Assembly (NCBI GenBank): GCA_043812495.1
Contig: JBDRMG010000002.1
Location: forward strand, 4,890-68,889
Length of the DNA stretch: 64,000 bases
Origin: Candidatus Omnitrophota bacterium
GTDB lineage: Bacteria > Omnitrophota > Gorgyraeia > Zapsychrales > JBDRMG01
Direction: 5' to 3'
The notes below the pieces were generated by a model. That model ran no database searches and was not told where the DNA came from. It saw only the letters and a list, made by a program, of their open reading frames with translations. This document shows, piece by piece, positions 57,334-64,000 of the stretch. Position numbers and translations under genes: made by a program. Position 1 is the stretch's first letter; each line of letters opens with the position of its first letter.

Positions 57334-57624
57334 ATGGCGCGTATCAAAATTGAAAAACCCTCAGAGCAAGAACGCAAGAAACTTGGTATTCCCGATACAC
57401 CCCAAAATACCGCCCAGTGGTCTATCTGGGAATGCGCACCCAGCGCATTTGACTGGCAGTATTCAGACGAAGAAATTGCTTATATCTACGAAGGAAAAGT
57501 GAGAGTCAGAACGGATCAGGGAGAGATTGAGATTAACAGAGGAGATCTTGTGACCTTCCCCAAAGGTCTAAAATGTCGTTGGCAGGTTTTAGAACCTGTT
57601 AAAAAGGTCTATCAATTCCGATAA
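57334..57624 (+). CDS. Cupin-domain protein (DUF861/cupin_3-like)
   Basis: YIYEGKVRVRTDQGEIEINRGDLVTFPKG typical small cupin; AAGGAAG SD. Confidence 0.6.
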   Translation: MARIKIEKPSEQERKKLGIPDTPQNTAQWSIWECAPSAFDWQYSDEEIAYIYEGKVRVRTDQGEIEINRGDLVTFPKGLKCRWQVLEPVKKVYQFR

Positions 57625-57655
57625 GATATTTCAATGACGATAAGAGAGGATTCCT

Positions 57656-57796
57656 ATGAAACCATCCAAAAAACCGAAATACCGGCTTGATCCGAAGAAA
57701 TTTGAACCTACCGCGGAAAAACAAAAGAAGGAGAAAGACTGGTCCGGCTCAGATATATTCGATGAAATCAAACGGTCAAAATCCTACCGAAGATAG
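57656..57796 (+). CDS. Small basic hypothetical protein (46 aa)
   Basis: AGAGAGGA SD, MKPSKKPKYRLDPKK...; not in ORF track (<60 aa). Confidence 0.25.
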   Translation: MKPSKKPKYRLDPKKFEPTAEKQKKEKDWSGSDIFDEIKRSKSYRR

Positions 57797-57798
57797 CC

Positions 57799-58479
57799 TT
57801 GGCCCATTTGCAGACAAGAAAGATTCTAGAAAAGATCTATCAGCAGCTGTTGAATGCCTTCGGTCCTCAAGAATGGTGGCCTGCCGATTCCTGTTTTGAA
57901 GTCATGATCGGCGCCATCTTGACGCAAAACACCAATTGGAAGAATGTTGAGAAGGCCATTGCGAACTTACGCAAGCGAGATTTGCTGACTTTTACGAAGC
58001 TTGATCGCCTTTCTGTCCGCCAACTGGCAGCGCTGGTTAAACCCGCCGGATATTACAATATCAAGAGTCAAAGAATCAAAGAGTTCCTTGCTTTTATGCG
58101 CAAGGAATATAAGGGTGATGTCCGCGCTATGGCGAAAACAGAGTGCTTGAAACTACGAGGACAATTATTGAGCGTCAAAGGCATCGGGCCGGAGACCGCT
58201 GATTCTATTCTTCTATACGCATTGAATAAGCCCATCTTTGTCGTAGATGCCTACACAAAAAGAATACTTTTACGGCATCATCTTATCAGCACGCAAGCGG
58301 ATTATCCGACCATCCAGAACTTTTTTATGCAGCATATTAAGAAGGAAGCAGAAATCTATAATGAATATCACGCGCTTCTCGTCCGCTGCGCAAAAGAATT
58401 TTGCAGGGCCACTCCCTTATGCGAAGCTTGTCCATTGAACAAGACAAAGTATTACGCAAAACCGCTCTGGAACAATTAA
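57799..58479 (+). CDS. HhH-GPD / endonuclease III-family DNA glycosylase with C-terminal 4Fe-4S
   Basis: GPQEWWPA, HhH (LLSVKGIGPETADSILLYAL), catalytic D in VVDAYT, CRATPLCEACPL; TTG start. Confidence 0.7.
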   Translation: MAHLQTRKILEKIYQQLLNAFGPQEWWPADSCFEVMIGAILTQNTNWKNVEKAIANLRKRDLLTFTKLDRLSVRQLAALVKPAGYYNIKSQRIKEFLAFMRKEYKGDVRAMAKTECLKLRGQLLSVKGIGPETADSILLYALNKPIFVVDAYTKRILLRHHLISTQADYPTIQNFFMQHIKKEAEIYNEYHALLVRCAKEFCRATPLCEACPLNKTKYYAKPLWNN

Positions 58480-58524
58480 CTATGGCAGTTCTTTACAGCC
58501 GTTTTCTGATACCATATAATGAAG

Positions 58525-58662
58525 AAATAGTAAATTCTTATTTGCTGTACCCAGCCCGCCACTGAATCAATGGCGGGCTGGGTCAATTCGCGCATATGAT
58601 TTACATTCTCCCGTCTTAAAGCCGGGATCATGTAAATCATGCGCTCATTGAAGAGAAGAAAG
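58525..58662 (+). repeat. REP/BIME-like composite element copy H1 (gamma subtype)
   Basis: CCAGCCCGCCACTGAATCAATGGCGGGCTGGG, GTCAATTCG, GCGCATATGATTTACA..TGTAAATCATGCGC, CTCATTGAAGAGAAGAAAGAGGAGGG. Confidence 0.85.
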
Positions 58663-58673
58663 AGGAGGGAAAT

Positions 58674-58829
58674 ATGATCTGTTCTATACCATATGAAATA
58701 TTCACGGATGTACAGCTCTTAGGAATTCTGGGTGTCAGTATATTTTTTGTCATCTGGATTGTTTTCGTTCCGATTGTGATCACGGCTCGATTAGAGAAAA
58801 TCATTAAGCTCTTGGAAGAAAAGAAATAA
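58674..58829 (+). CDS. Small hydrophobic protein (51 aa, one TM) between direct repeats
   Basis: AGAGGAGGG SD from repeat H1, MICSIPYEIF..GILGVSIFFVIWIVFVPIVI.., followed by hairpin terminator. Confidence 0.4.
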   Translation: MICSIPYEIFTDVQLLGILGVSIFFVIWIVFVPIVITARLEKIIKLLEEKK

Positions 58830-58849
58830 TTTCTTAAGAACGGTGGATG

Positions 58850-58893
58850 TGAAAAGCGGCCCGCCAATGAATCATTGGCGGGCCGCTTTTTCC
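58850..58893 (+). terminator. Terminator-like hairpin built from REP core
   Basis: GCGGCCCGCCAATGAATCATTGGCGGGCCGC plus TTTTTCC. Confidence 0.6.
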
Positions 58894-58894
58894 T

Positions 58895-59030
58895 TACTGA
58901 AGGAAATAGTAAAATTTTAATTTGACGTACCCCGAGTCCGCCACAAACTTTGGCGGACTCGGGGTCAATTCGCGCATATGATTTATACTCCCTATCAGTC
59001 GCATAAATCATGCGCTCATTGAAAAGAATG
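58895..59030 (+). repeat. REP/BIME-like composite element copy H2 (gamma subtype)
   Basis: CCCCGAGTCCGCCACAAACTTTGGCGGACTCGGGG, GTCAATTCG, GCGCATATGATTTATA..TATAAATCATGCGC, CTCATTGAAAAG. Confidence 0.85.
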
Positions 59031-59041
59031 ATCAAATCATA

Positions 59042-60211
59042 TCAGGAGATCTCAGAAAGGAGATTATATCGTGGTTCCAATTCCCCAAGAAATTTGAGAT
59101 TGAATGTTCTAAAGAAAACGGGAATCGGCAGAAACAGGAAATTGACCGATAGAAAAAGAAGGAATAAAAAAATTCCTCCCAAAATAGCAAAAATAACTCC
59201 GAGGATGACTTGCAGAGTCGAAGGGAGTAAATTAAGCGCAAAGTAAATGGCAAATCCCAGAAGAACCACGAGGAAGCCGACAATAAGCAAAATTATTAGA
59301 CCGATGATCATAGCTAAAATGCTTCCGGCGATAGCAAAACCCATGCATATCAGAAGATAAAGCAAAATTTCTTTCAAATTTATCTTAAGAAGAACAAATG
59401 CCTCTGGCCATGCGCGCATAATGCTAATATTATTTTTAAACATAATAGGGAGGACAAAATTTTGAACAAACCAATGAATGAGCATGCTCACAATAAAAAG
59501 GAAGGCAAAGATAAAGAGAAAGGGGGCCGCTATGCCAAGAATCCTAAAGAAACCAATCTCTGAGGCGTGCTCAAAAACTCCGGCCTGACTCAAAGATTGA
59601 AAACATCCAAAACCAAGACCGGCAAAAAGGACAAGAAACACCAAACCAAAGACAAGATTCCATAGAAAATAAGACGTCCCAAGTCCCCTCAGTTGAATAA
59701 ATGGCTGTTTAATATTGACCTTATTTTTAATAATATCGTCCAAGAAGACAAAAAAGAAGATGCTTCCGATCCAGGCAAGCAGCATCACTAGTATAGAAAC
59801 AAAAAGAATCACTATCCCCCCAATGGCAAGAACAATAGGATTGGATTTGATCGACTCAATCATCTGTTTAAATTCGTCTAGACCTGAAGAGGCTGCCAGA
59901 TGAACAAATTTCTTCTCTTCCATGACATCTGAAGCTAAGTGAAAATCTGGCGTTGAAAGCTGCCAAGAGGTTTCCGTTTCCGAGGGTGCCGAATCTCTTT
60001 TCTGAAAGAAATTTCCGCCGCCGTTTCCGCCGCCAATAGACAGCTGTCCTGAAAGCCAGGCGATCAAAGCCAGAGTGACCCATTTCCTGAGATTAAAGGG
60101 TTGGAAAAGAATGGTTTTTGTTCTTTCAAAAGAGAACTTAATAATGGGGCTAAAATCGATTTTCATATTTTCATGATAACACTTGAGAAAAACAATGCAA
60201 ACAATTTTCAT
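59042..60211 (-). CDS. Hypothetical polytopic membrane protein with Gly-rich N-terminal region
   Basis: About 7-8 TM helices, GGGNGGGN segment; no family recognised; start could be internal ATG (60166). Confidence 0.5.
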   Translation of the reverse strand: MKIVCIVFLKCYHENMKIDFSPIIKFSFERTKTILFQPFNLRKWVTLALIAWLSGQLSIGGGNGGGNFFQKRDSAPSETETSWQLSTPDFHLASDVMEEKKFVHLAASSGLDEFKQMIESIKSNPIVLAIGGIVILFVSILVMLLAWIGSIFFFVFLDDIIKNKVNIKQPFIQLRGLGTSYFLWNLVFGLVFLVLFAGLGFGCFQSLSQAGVFEHASEIGFFRILGIAAPFLFIFAFLFIVSMLIHWFVQNFVLPIMFKNNISIMRAWPEAFVLLKINLKEILLYLLICMGFAIAGSILAMIIGLIILLIVGFLVVLLGFAIYFALNLLPSTLQVILGVIFAILGGIFLFLLFLSVNFLFLPIPVFFRTFNLKFLGELEPRYNLLSEIS

Positions 60212-60279
60212 ATTTTTAACCCATTGTTGCCGGATGGAGAATCTGATATAATGACGTTGCCATTGTGCGCGATAGGAAG

Positions 60280-60660
60280 ATGAAAAATATCAAAATACAA
60301 TTAGGCACATTAGAGGTTATCGCGCGCCTGAACGGTTCGGCCACGGCCGGCAGGATTTGGGATGCCCTGCCTTTAGAGTCTTTGACGAGTCTCTGGGGTG
60401 ATGAGATTTATTTTCCGATTCCTGTTAAATGCAAAATTGAGGAAGGGTTCGCCAAAGACGTTGTGGATATCGGTGATATTGCCTATTGGCCCGAGGGAAA
60501 ATGTTTTTGTATCTTCTTTGGGCAGACACCGGTGAGCAAACCCGGCGAAATCCGTCCGGCAAGCGCCGTAAACCTCATCGGAAAAATAGAAGGCAACTGG
60601 GAGCCGCTCAAGAAAGTGAAAGAAAACGAGAAGGTTATTATCAAAGAATTAAAGGAATAG
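60280..60660 (+). CDS. Cyclophilin-like fold family protein (DUF369/Cyclophil_like-type)
   Basis: ARLNGSATAGRIWDALPLES...GDIAYWPEGKCFCIFFGQTP; AGGAAG SD, TGATATAAT extended -10 at 60243. Confidence 0.5.
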   Translation: MKNIKIQLGTLEVIARLNGSATAGRIWDALPLESLTSLWGDEIYFPIPVKCKIEEGFAKDVVDIGDIAYWPEGKCFCIFFGQTPVSKPGEIRPASAVNLIGKIEGNWEPLKKVKENEKVIIKELKE

Positions 60661-60676
60661 AATCCAGAAAGTTTCC

Positions 60677-61684
60677 ATGAATCATCTGATGCTCATCATT
60701 ATTGCTGCCGTTGCCATCTTGCTTGCCGTGATTATTATGCTGATCATTCATTTAAGCAGAATGAATCACCAGCTTTCTACACAATTGGCGAATACAATGG
60801 ATAAGCAATTGGAAACGATGCGCGGCGAGCTCAATGCCCGGCTCAATGAGACCAGCCGTGCCATTGCCGAGACCCATAAAACGGTTGGTGAACGGTTGGA
60901 TAATGCGACAAAAATTTTCGGGACCGTTGCCACAAGTCTCGGGCAGCTTCAGGAGGCCAACAAAAGGCTTTTGGAAGTCGGTCAGGATATTGCGAGCCTG
61001 CAGGAACTTTTACGCGCCCCCAAATTTCGCGGAGAAATCGGCGAAACCATGCTGGAAAATATTTTGGCGCAGGTCTTACCTAAGGATCATTTCGAATTAC
61101 AGTATCATTTTAAGACCGGCGATGCGGTGGATGCGGTCATCAAGCTGGCCGACCATCTGGTGTGCATTGATTCAAAATTTTCCTATGAGAATTTCAAAAA
61201 GATGATTGAAGCGGACCATGAGGACGAAAAGGCTTCTTATCAGAAAAAGTTTATTAAGGACGTCAAAAATCGCATTGACGAAATTTCCGCGAAATATATT
61301 CTCCCCGATGAAAGAACATTTGACTTTGCCCTGATGTACATTACGGCCGAAAATGTTTATTACGAGACGATCATCAAAGGCGATTTTCTTAGCTATTCAT
61401 TGTCCAAGAAAGTGGTCCCCGTTTCTCCGAATACCTTTTATGCTTACCTGCAAGTGATTTGTTTGGGTTTGCGGGGAATGAAAATTGAAAGCAATGTGCA
61501 GAAAATTATCGCCAGTTTGAATCAGCTTCAAGGGGACTTAAAGAAATTTGACGAGTCCTTTAAAGTCGTCGGCAGCCATATTCGCAATGCCGCCACAAAA
61601 TACACCGAAGCAGAGAAGAAGCTTGAAAGATTTTCGGATAAATTAATCAGCGTTGAACAGAGTAAGCAAATCGAAGCTCTCTAA
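60677..61684 (+). CDS. rmuC: DNA recombination protein RmuC
   Basis: N-terminal TM, coiled coil, LRAPKFRGEIGETMLENIL and DAVIKLADHLVCIDSKF RmuC signature. Confidence 0.85.
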   Translation: MNHLMLIIIAAVAILLAVIIMLIIHLSRMNHQLSTQLANTMDKQLETMRGELNARLNETSRAIAETHKTVGERLDNATKIFGTVATSLGQLQEANKRLLEVGQDIASLQELLRAPKFRGEIGETMLENILAQVLPKDHFELQYHFKTGDAVDAVIKLADHLVCIDSKFSYENFKKMIEADHEDEKASYQKKFIKDVKNRIDEISAKYILPDERTFDFALMYITAENVYYETIIKGDFLSYSLSKKVVPVSPNTFYAYLQVICLGLRGMKIESNVQKIIASLNQLQGDLKKFDESFKVVGSHIRNAATKYTEAEKKLERFSDKLISVEQSKQIEAL

Positions 61685-61709
61685 TCTTGCCAAGGCACCC
61701 AAATATTTC

Positions 61710-62453
61710 ATGCCCCCAAAAGAAAAACTCAATCGTCAAAAAATCTTGGGAAGACTTCAGAATTTCTTTGGTAAAGACGTGTTTGTTTTTGTAAGCGAGC
61801 GGCCGGTGGACTTTTCTCTGGCCAAAAGTGCTCCCTTGTTTTCTTCGCAACAGAAGAACTTATTCAAGAGAAGGGGAAGCCTTAAGTTTTCGCGCGTCTT
61901 GAATATTCGGCAAATTCACGGATGCCGTATTCTTTGCGTGACAGGAGAAAATGATTGGCCCCAAAGAAAAATAAGGAGAGCCGACGGCCTGATGACATGC
62001 GCGTCCCATATTCCCTTGGCGGTTCGGATAGCCGATTGCTTGAGCATTTTCATGTTTGATCCAAAGACGAAAACAATTGCCCTCGTTCATGCGGGTTGGC
62101 GTGGAAGCCGAAAGCAGATAGCCAAGAAAGCCGTTCTTCTTATGAAAAGAAAATTTGGCGCCAGAGCGGAAAATTTAAAAATTACTTTTGGCCCGTGCAT
62201 ACGGTCTTGCTGCTATCAGGTGAGCGTTCCATTTAAGAATTATTTTCCTCGCGAAGTGAAAAAAAGAAACAATCAATACTATTTGGATTTACCTTTGGTC
62301 AACAAGAATCAATTAATCCAAGCAGGCGTAGAAAAAAGAAACATTTTTGATAGCCGGCTTTGCACCTTTTGCGATCAACATTTTTTCTCCTTTCGCCGGC
62401 AAGGAAAGAAAGCCGGACGCATGATTTCGCTGATTATGAGAAAATCTTCGTGA
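61710..62453 (+). CDS. yfiH: YfiH/PgeF (DUF152, Cu-oxidase_4) purine-nucleoside phosphorylase/laccase-domain protein
   Basis: IALVHAGWRG, FGPCIRSCCYQV, C-terminal CTFC motif. Confidence 0.85.
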   Translation: MPPKEKLNRQKILGRLQNFFGKDVFVFVSERPVDFSLAKSAPLFSSQQKNLFKRRGSLKFSRVLNIRQIHGCRILCVTGENDWPQRKIRRADGLMTCASHIPLAVRIADCLSIFMFDPKTKTIALVHAGWRGSRKQIAKKAVLLMKRKFGARAENLKITFGPCIRSCCYQVSVPFKNYFPREVKKRNNQYYLDLPLVNKNQLIQAGVEKRNIFDSRLCTFCDQHFFSFRRQGKKAGRMISLIMRKSS

Positions 62454-62530
62454 CAGGCTTAAAAAGAGAACGCGTGTAGCAATTCCCCTTTTTCTATGGC
62501 ATAATCAAGGTAGAAGGTCATTCTTTATAG

Positions 62531-62688
62531 TTGAAATATTATAATTGTATTTGCTTAATCCCCCGCCTCACCAAAATTGTTAAACAATTTTGGTGGGCGA
62601 GGTCAATTCGTCCATATGACTTATGTCGTCCGCCACTGAATCAATGGTGGACTCCATAAGTCATGGCCTCATTGAAAGGACGTCAAAG
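62531..62688 (+). repeat. REP/BIME-like composite element copy I
   Basis: Head TTGAAATATTATAATTGTATTTGCTTAATC, CCCGCCTCACCAAAATTG..CAATTTTGGTGGGCGAGG, GTCAATTCG, CATATGACTTATG..TCCGCCACTGAATCAATGGTGGA..CATAAGTCATGG, CCTCATTGAAAGGA = SD of cutA. Confidence 0.9.
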
Positions 62689-63000
62689 ATGAATATCGTT
62701 ATTTTCATAACGGCTAAAAATAAAAAAGAAGCTGTAAAAATTTGCCAAGCTCTTCTTAAGAAAAAACTTATTGCGTGCGCTAATGTGATAGACAGCGTCG
62801 AATCTTTCTTCTGGTGGCAGGGCAAGATTGATCGGGCAAAAGAAACACTCTGTGTCTTGAAGTCCAAAAAGCGGCTTCTTAAAGAGATTACACAAACAGT
62901 GAAGTCTTTACACAGCTATGATGTCCCCGAGGTCATTGCTTTGCCCATCATCGGAGGCCATAAGCCTTATCTTGATTGGGTGAACCAGTCGGTCCAATAA
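62689..63000 (+). CDS. cutA: Divalent-cation tolerance protein CutA
   Basis: MNIVIFITAKNKKEAVKICQALLKKKLIACANV..., 103 aa; ORF-track N-terminus MSSATESM... is repeat-encoded and rejected. Confidence 0.85.
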   Translation: MNIVIFITAKNKKEAVKICQALLKKKLIACANVIDSVESFFWWQGKIDRAKETLCVLKSKKRLLKEITQTVKSLHSYDVPEVIALPIIGGHKPYLDWVNQSVQ

Positions 63001-63014
63001 GTGAGTCAAAAATC

Positions 63015-63515
63015 ATGAGAAAAATATTTTCTACTCTAGTCATTGTTCTTTTATTGTTCTTTGTGTTCACCCCTTCGTTTGCCATGGGCCAACTTTTCTT
63101 CTTTGGGAATTCCCTAGAAGGCAAACCAGCTCCCGATTTTACATTATCTACAACCAGCGGTCAAAAGTTGAACATGACGGCCGTCCGGGAAGGAAAAAGC
63201 GCCATTATCTTTTTCTGGGCCACGTGGTGCCCTCATTGTCGCTCGGCTCTTAATGAACTGAACCAAAAAGAAAAGGACATTCAACAGCAGGGCATTAAGC
63301 TCATGGTTGTTGATTTAGGCGAGTCATCAAAGGTCGTCAGCGCGTATCAAAAGAAATATAACATCACGATTGATATGTTTCTTGATACGGATTCGGCTTT
63401 GGGGGAGACCTACAATATTATTGGCGTACCGACCTTCTTTTTGGTGGACGCAAAAGGCATTGTTCGCTCTGTCGGACACGCTTTACCCGATGACTACGCG
63501 CGCTTCTTAAAGTAA
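63015..63515 (+). CDS. Secreted thioredoxin-fold TlpA/ResA-like thiol-disulfide oxidoreductase
   Basis: Signal peptide, WATWCPHC active site. Confidence 0.8.
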   Translation: MRKIFSTLVIVLLLFFVFTPSFAMGQLFFFGNSLEGKPAPDFTLSTTSGQKLNMTAVREGKSAIIFFWATWCPHCRSALNELNQKEKDIQQQGIKLMVVDLGESSKVVSAYQKKYNITIDMFLDTDSALGETYNIIGVPTFFLVDAKGIVRSVGHALPDDYARFLK

Positions 63516-63530
63516 TTGCCCTACGCCCGC

Positions 63531-64000
63531 ATGACAAAAGAAAATCAAACAGCAAATTTAAGCCTCTTGACCGATCTTTATGAGCTGACCATGGCGGCCA
63601 GCTATTTTAAACACAAGAGAGGCTGCCTGGCCTCTTTTGATCTATTTATCAGAAACCTTCCGGAACAAAGATCTTTTTTTCTCGCCGCGGGTCTAGCCGA
63701 TATCATTTCCTTTCTTGCAAAGTTTAGATTCGACGGAGATTCTATCCGCTATCTGAAGAGCTTGGGGATTTTTTCCAGTGAATTTCTCGAATTCCTGAAG
63801 AACCTGAGATTTCGCGGCAGCTTATGGGCGGTACCCGAGGGCACGGTTGTTTTTCCTAATGAGCCGCTCATCCGTATTGTTGCGCCGATTATTGAGGGCC
63901 AGCTATTGGAAAGCTATCTTTTAAATACGATCAATCTGCAAACCACGATTGCCACAAAGGCCGTCCGCGTTGTTACGGCGGCCAAGGGAAAAAGTGTTTT
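63531..64000 (+). CDS. pncB: Nicotinate phosphoribosyltransferase, 5'-partial (continues beyond window)
   Basis: LTDLYELTMAASYF..., open frame to end of window. Confidence 0.7.
   Translation, partial: MTKENQTANLSLLTDLYELTMAASYFKHKRGCLASFDLFIRNLPEQRSFFLAAGLADIISFLAKFRFDGDSIRYLKSLGIFSSEFLEFLKNLRFRGSLWAVPEGTVVFPNEPLIRIVAPIIEGQLLESYLLNTINLQTTIATKAVRVVTAAKGKSV

Noticed and set aside
58637-59035. 132-aa minus-strand ORF across the H1/H2 repeat region
   Set aside because: It is composed largely of repeat-element sequence and overlaps the better-supported + strand small TM ORF and its terminator.
59010-59246. 78-aa + strand ORF after repeat H2
   Set aside because: It lies entirely within the better-supported 389-aa minus-strand membrane protein gene and starts inside the repeat.
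15590-62688. REP-like copies as a CRISPR array or IS terminal inverted repeats
   Set aside because: Spacing is irregular (kb scale). Each copy is a complex palindrome, not a 25-40 bp repeat with unique spacers. No target-site duplications or transposase genes are adjacent, apart from the single RAYT.
1-64000. tRNA or rRNA genes
   Set aside because: No intergenic segment shows a cloverleaf-compatible sequence with GTTCNANNC T-loop spacing or rRNA-like conservation. The gaps are accounted for by repeats, promoters and terminators. Not verified with tRNAscan.

Overview
The window is about 64 kb of a bacterial chromosome, probably from a Gram-negative-type organism. It carries an LPS-type heptosyltransferase, TatA/TatC and Wzx. 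I did not compute GC content. About 60 of the roughly 64 credible genes lie on the + strand. Content from left to right is as follows. First comes tRNA thiolation (ttcA). Next is a 14-kb surface-polysaccharide locus with two GT-C-like polytopic membrane proteins, a UbiA-type decaprenyl-phosphate phosphoribosyltransferase-like enzyme, GT9, GT4, GT2, methyltransferases and a flippase. Then follow cspA, sixA, an RNA m5C methyltransferase, Mut7-C RNase, a CPBP protease, tatAC, a CCC/APC transporter, hemW and a polyprenyl synthase. After these comes a long purine operon, purB-purC-purL-LOG-purQ-purM-purD-[RAYT insertion]-purE, in which purL carries two N-terminal PurS-like domains. Next is a Bacillus-like ywlC(tsaC)::ywlE fusion-rpiB-glyA-nrdR block. 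Finally there are a CCA/polyA polymerase, macro-NUDIX, ychF, GH5, rRNA modification enzymes, ABC-F, rmuC, yfiH, cutA, a TlpA-like thioredoxin and a 5'-partial pncB. The most striking sequence-level signal is a dense family of REP/BIME-like composite elements, with at least 11 copies. Each is built as an AT-rich head with a TATAAT, a variable GC hairpin, the conserved core GGGGTCAATTCG, a second variable hairpin, and a terminal CTCATTGA(A)AGGAG. Same-orientation copies end 0-15 nt before start codons and supply the Shine-Dalgarno sequence; two copies even encode ORF termini. The window also holds a REP-associated tyrosine transposase (RAYT) with a DnaA-domain-IV-like C-terminus, flanked by its own inverted REPs and inserted between purD and purE. 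The RAYT REP (GGGGTCAGGTCTCGAC...) resembles the core of the dispersed elements. A second ~190-bp repeat family (two copies), a 10-bp tandem repeat inside the pur operon and several perfect long palindromes are also present. I found no CRISPR array, rRNA or tRNA. All calls come from reading the sequence and from remembered family motifs; no database search was run.
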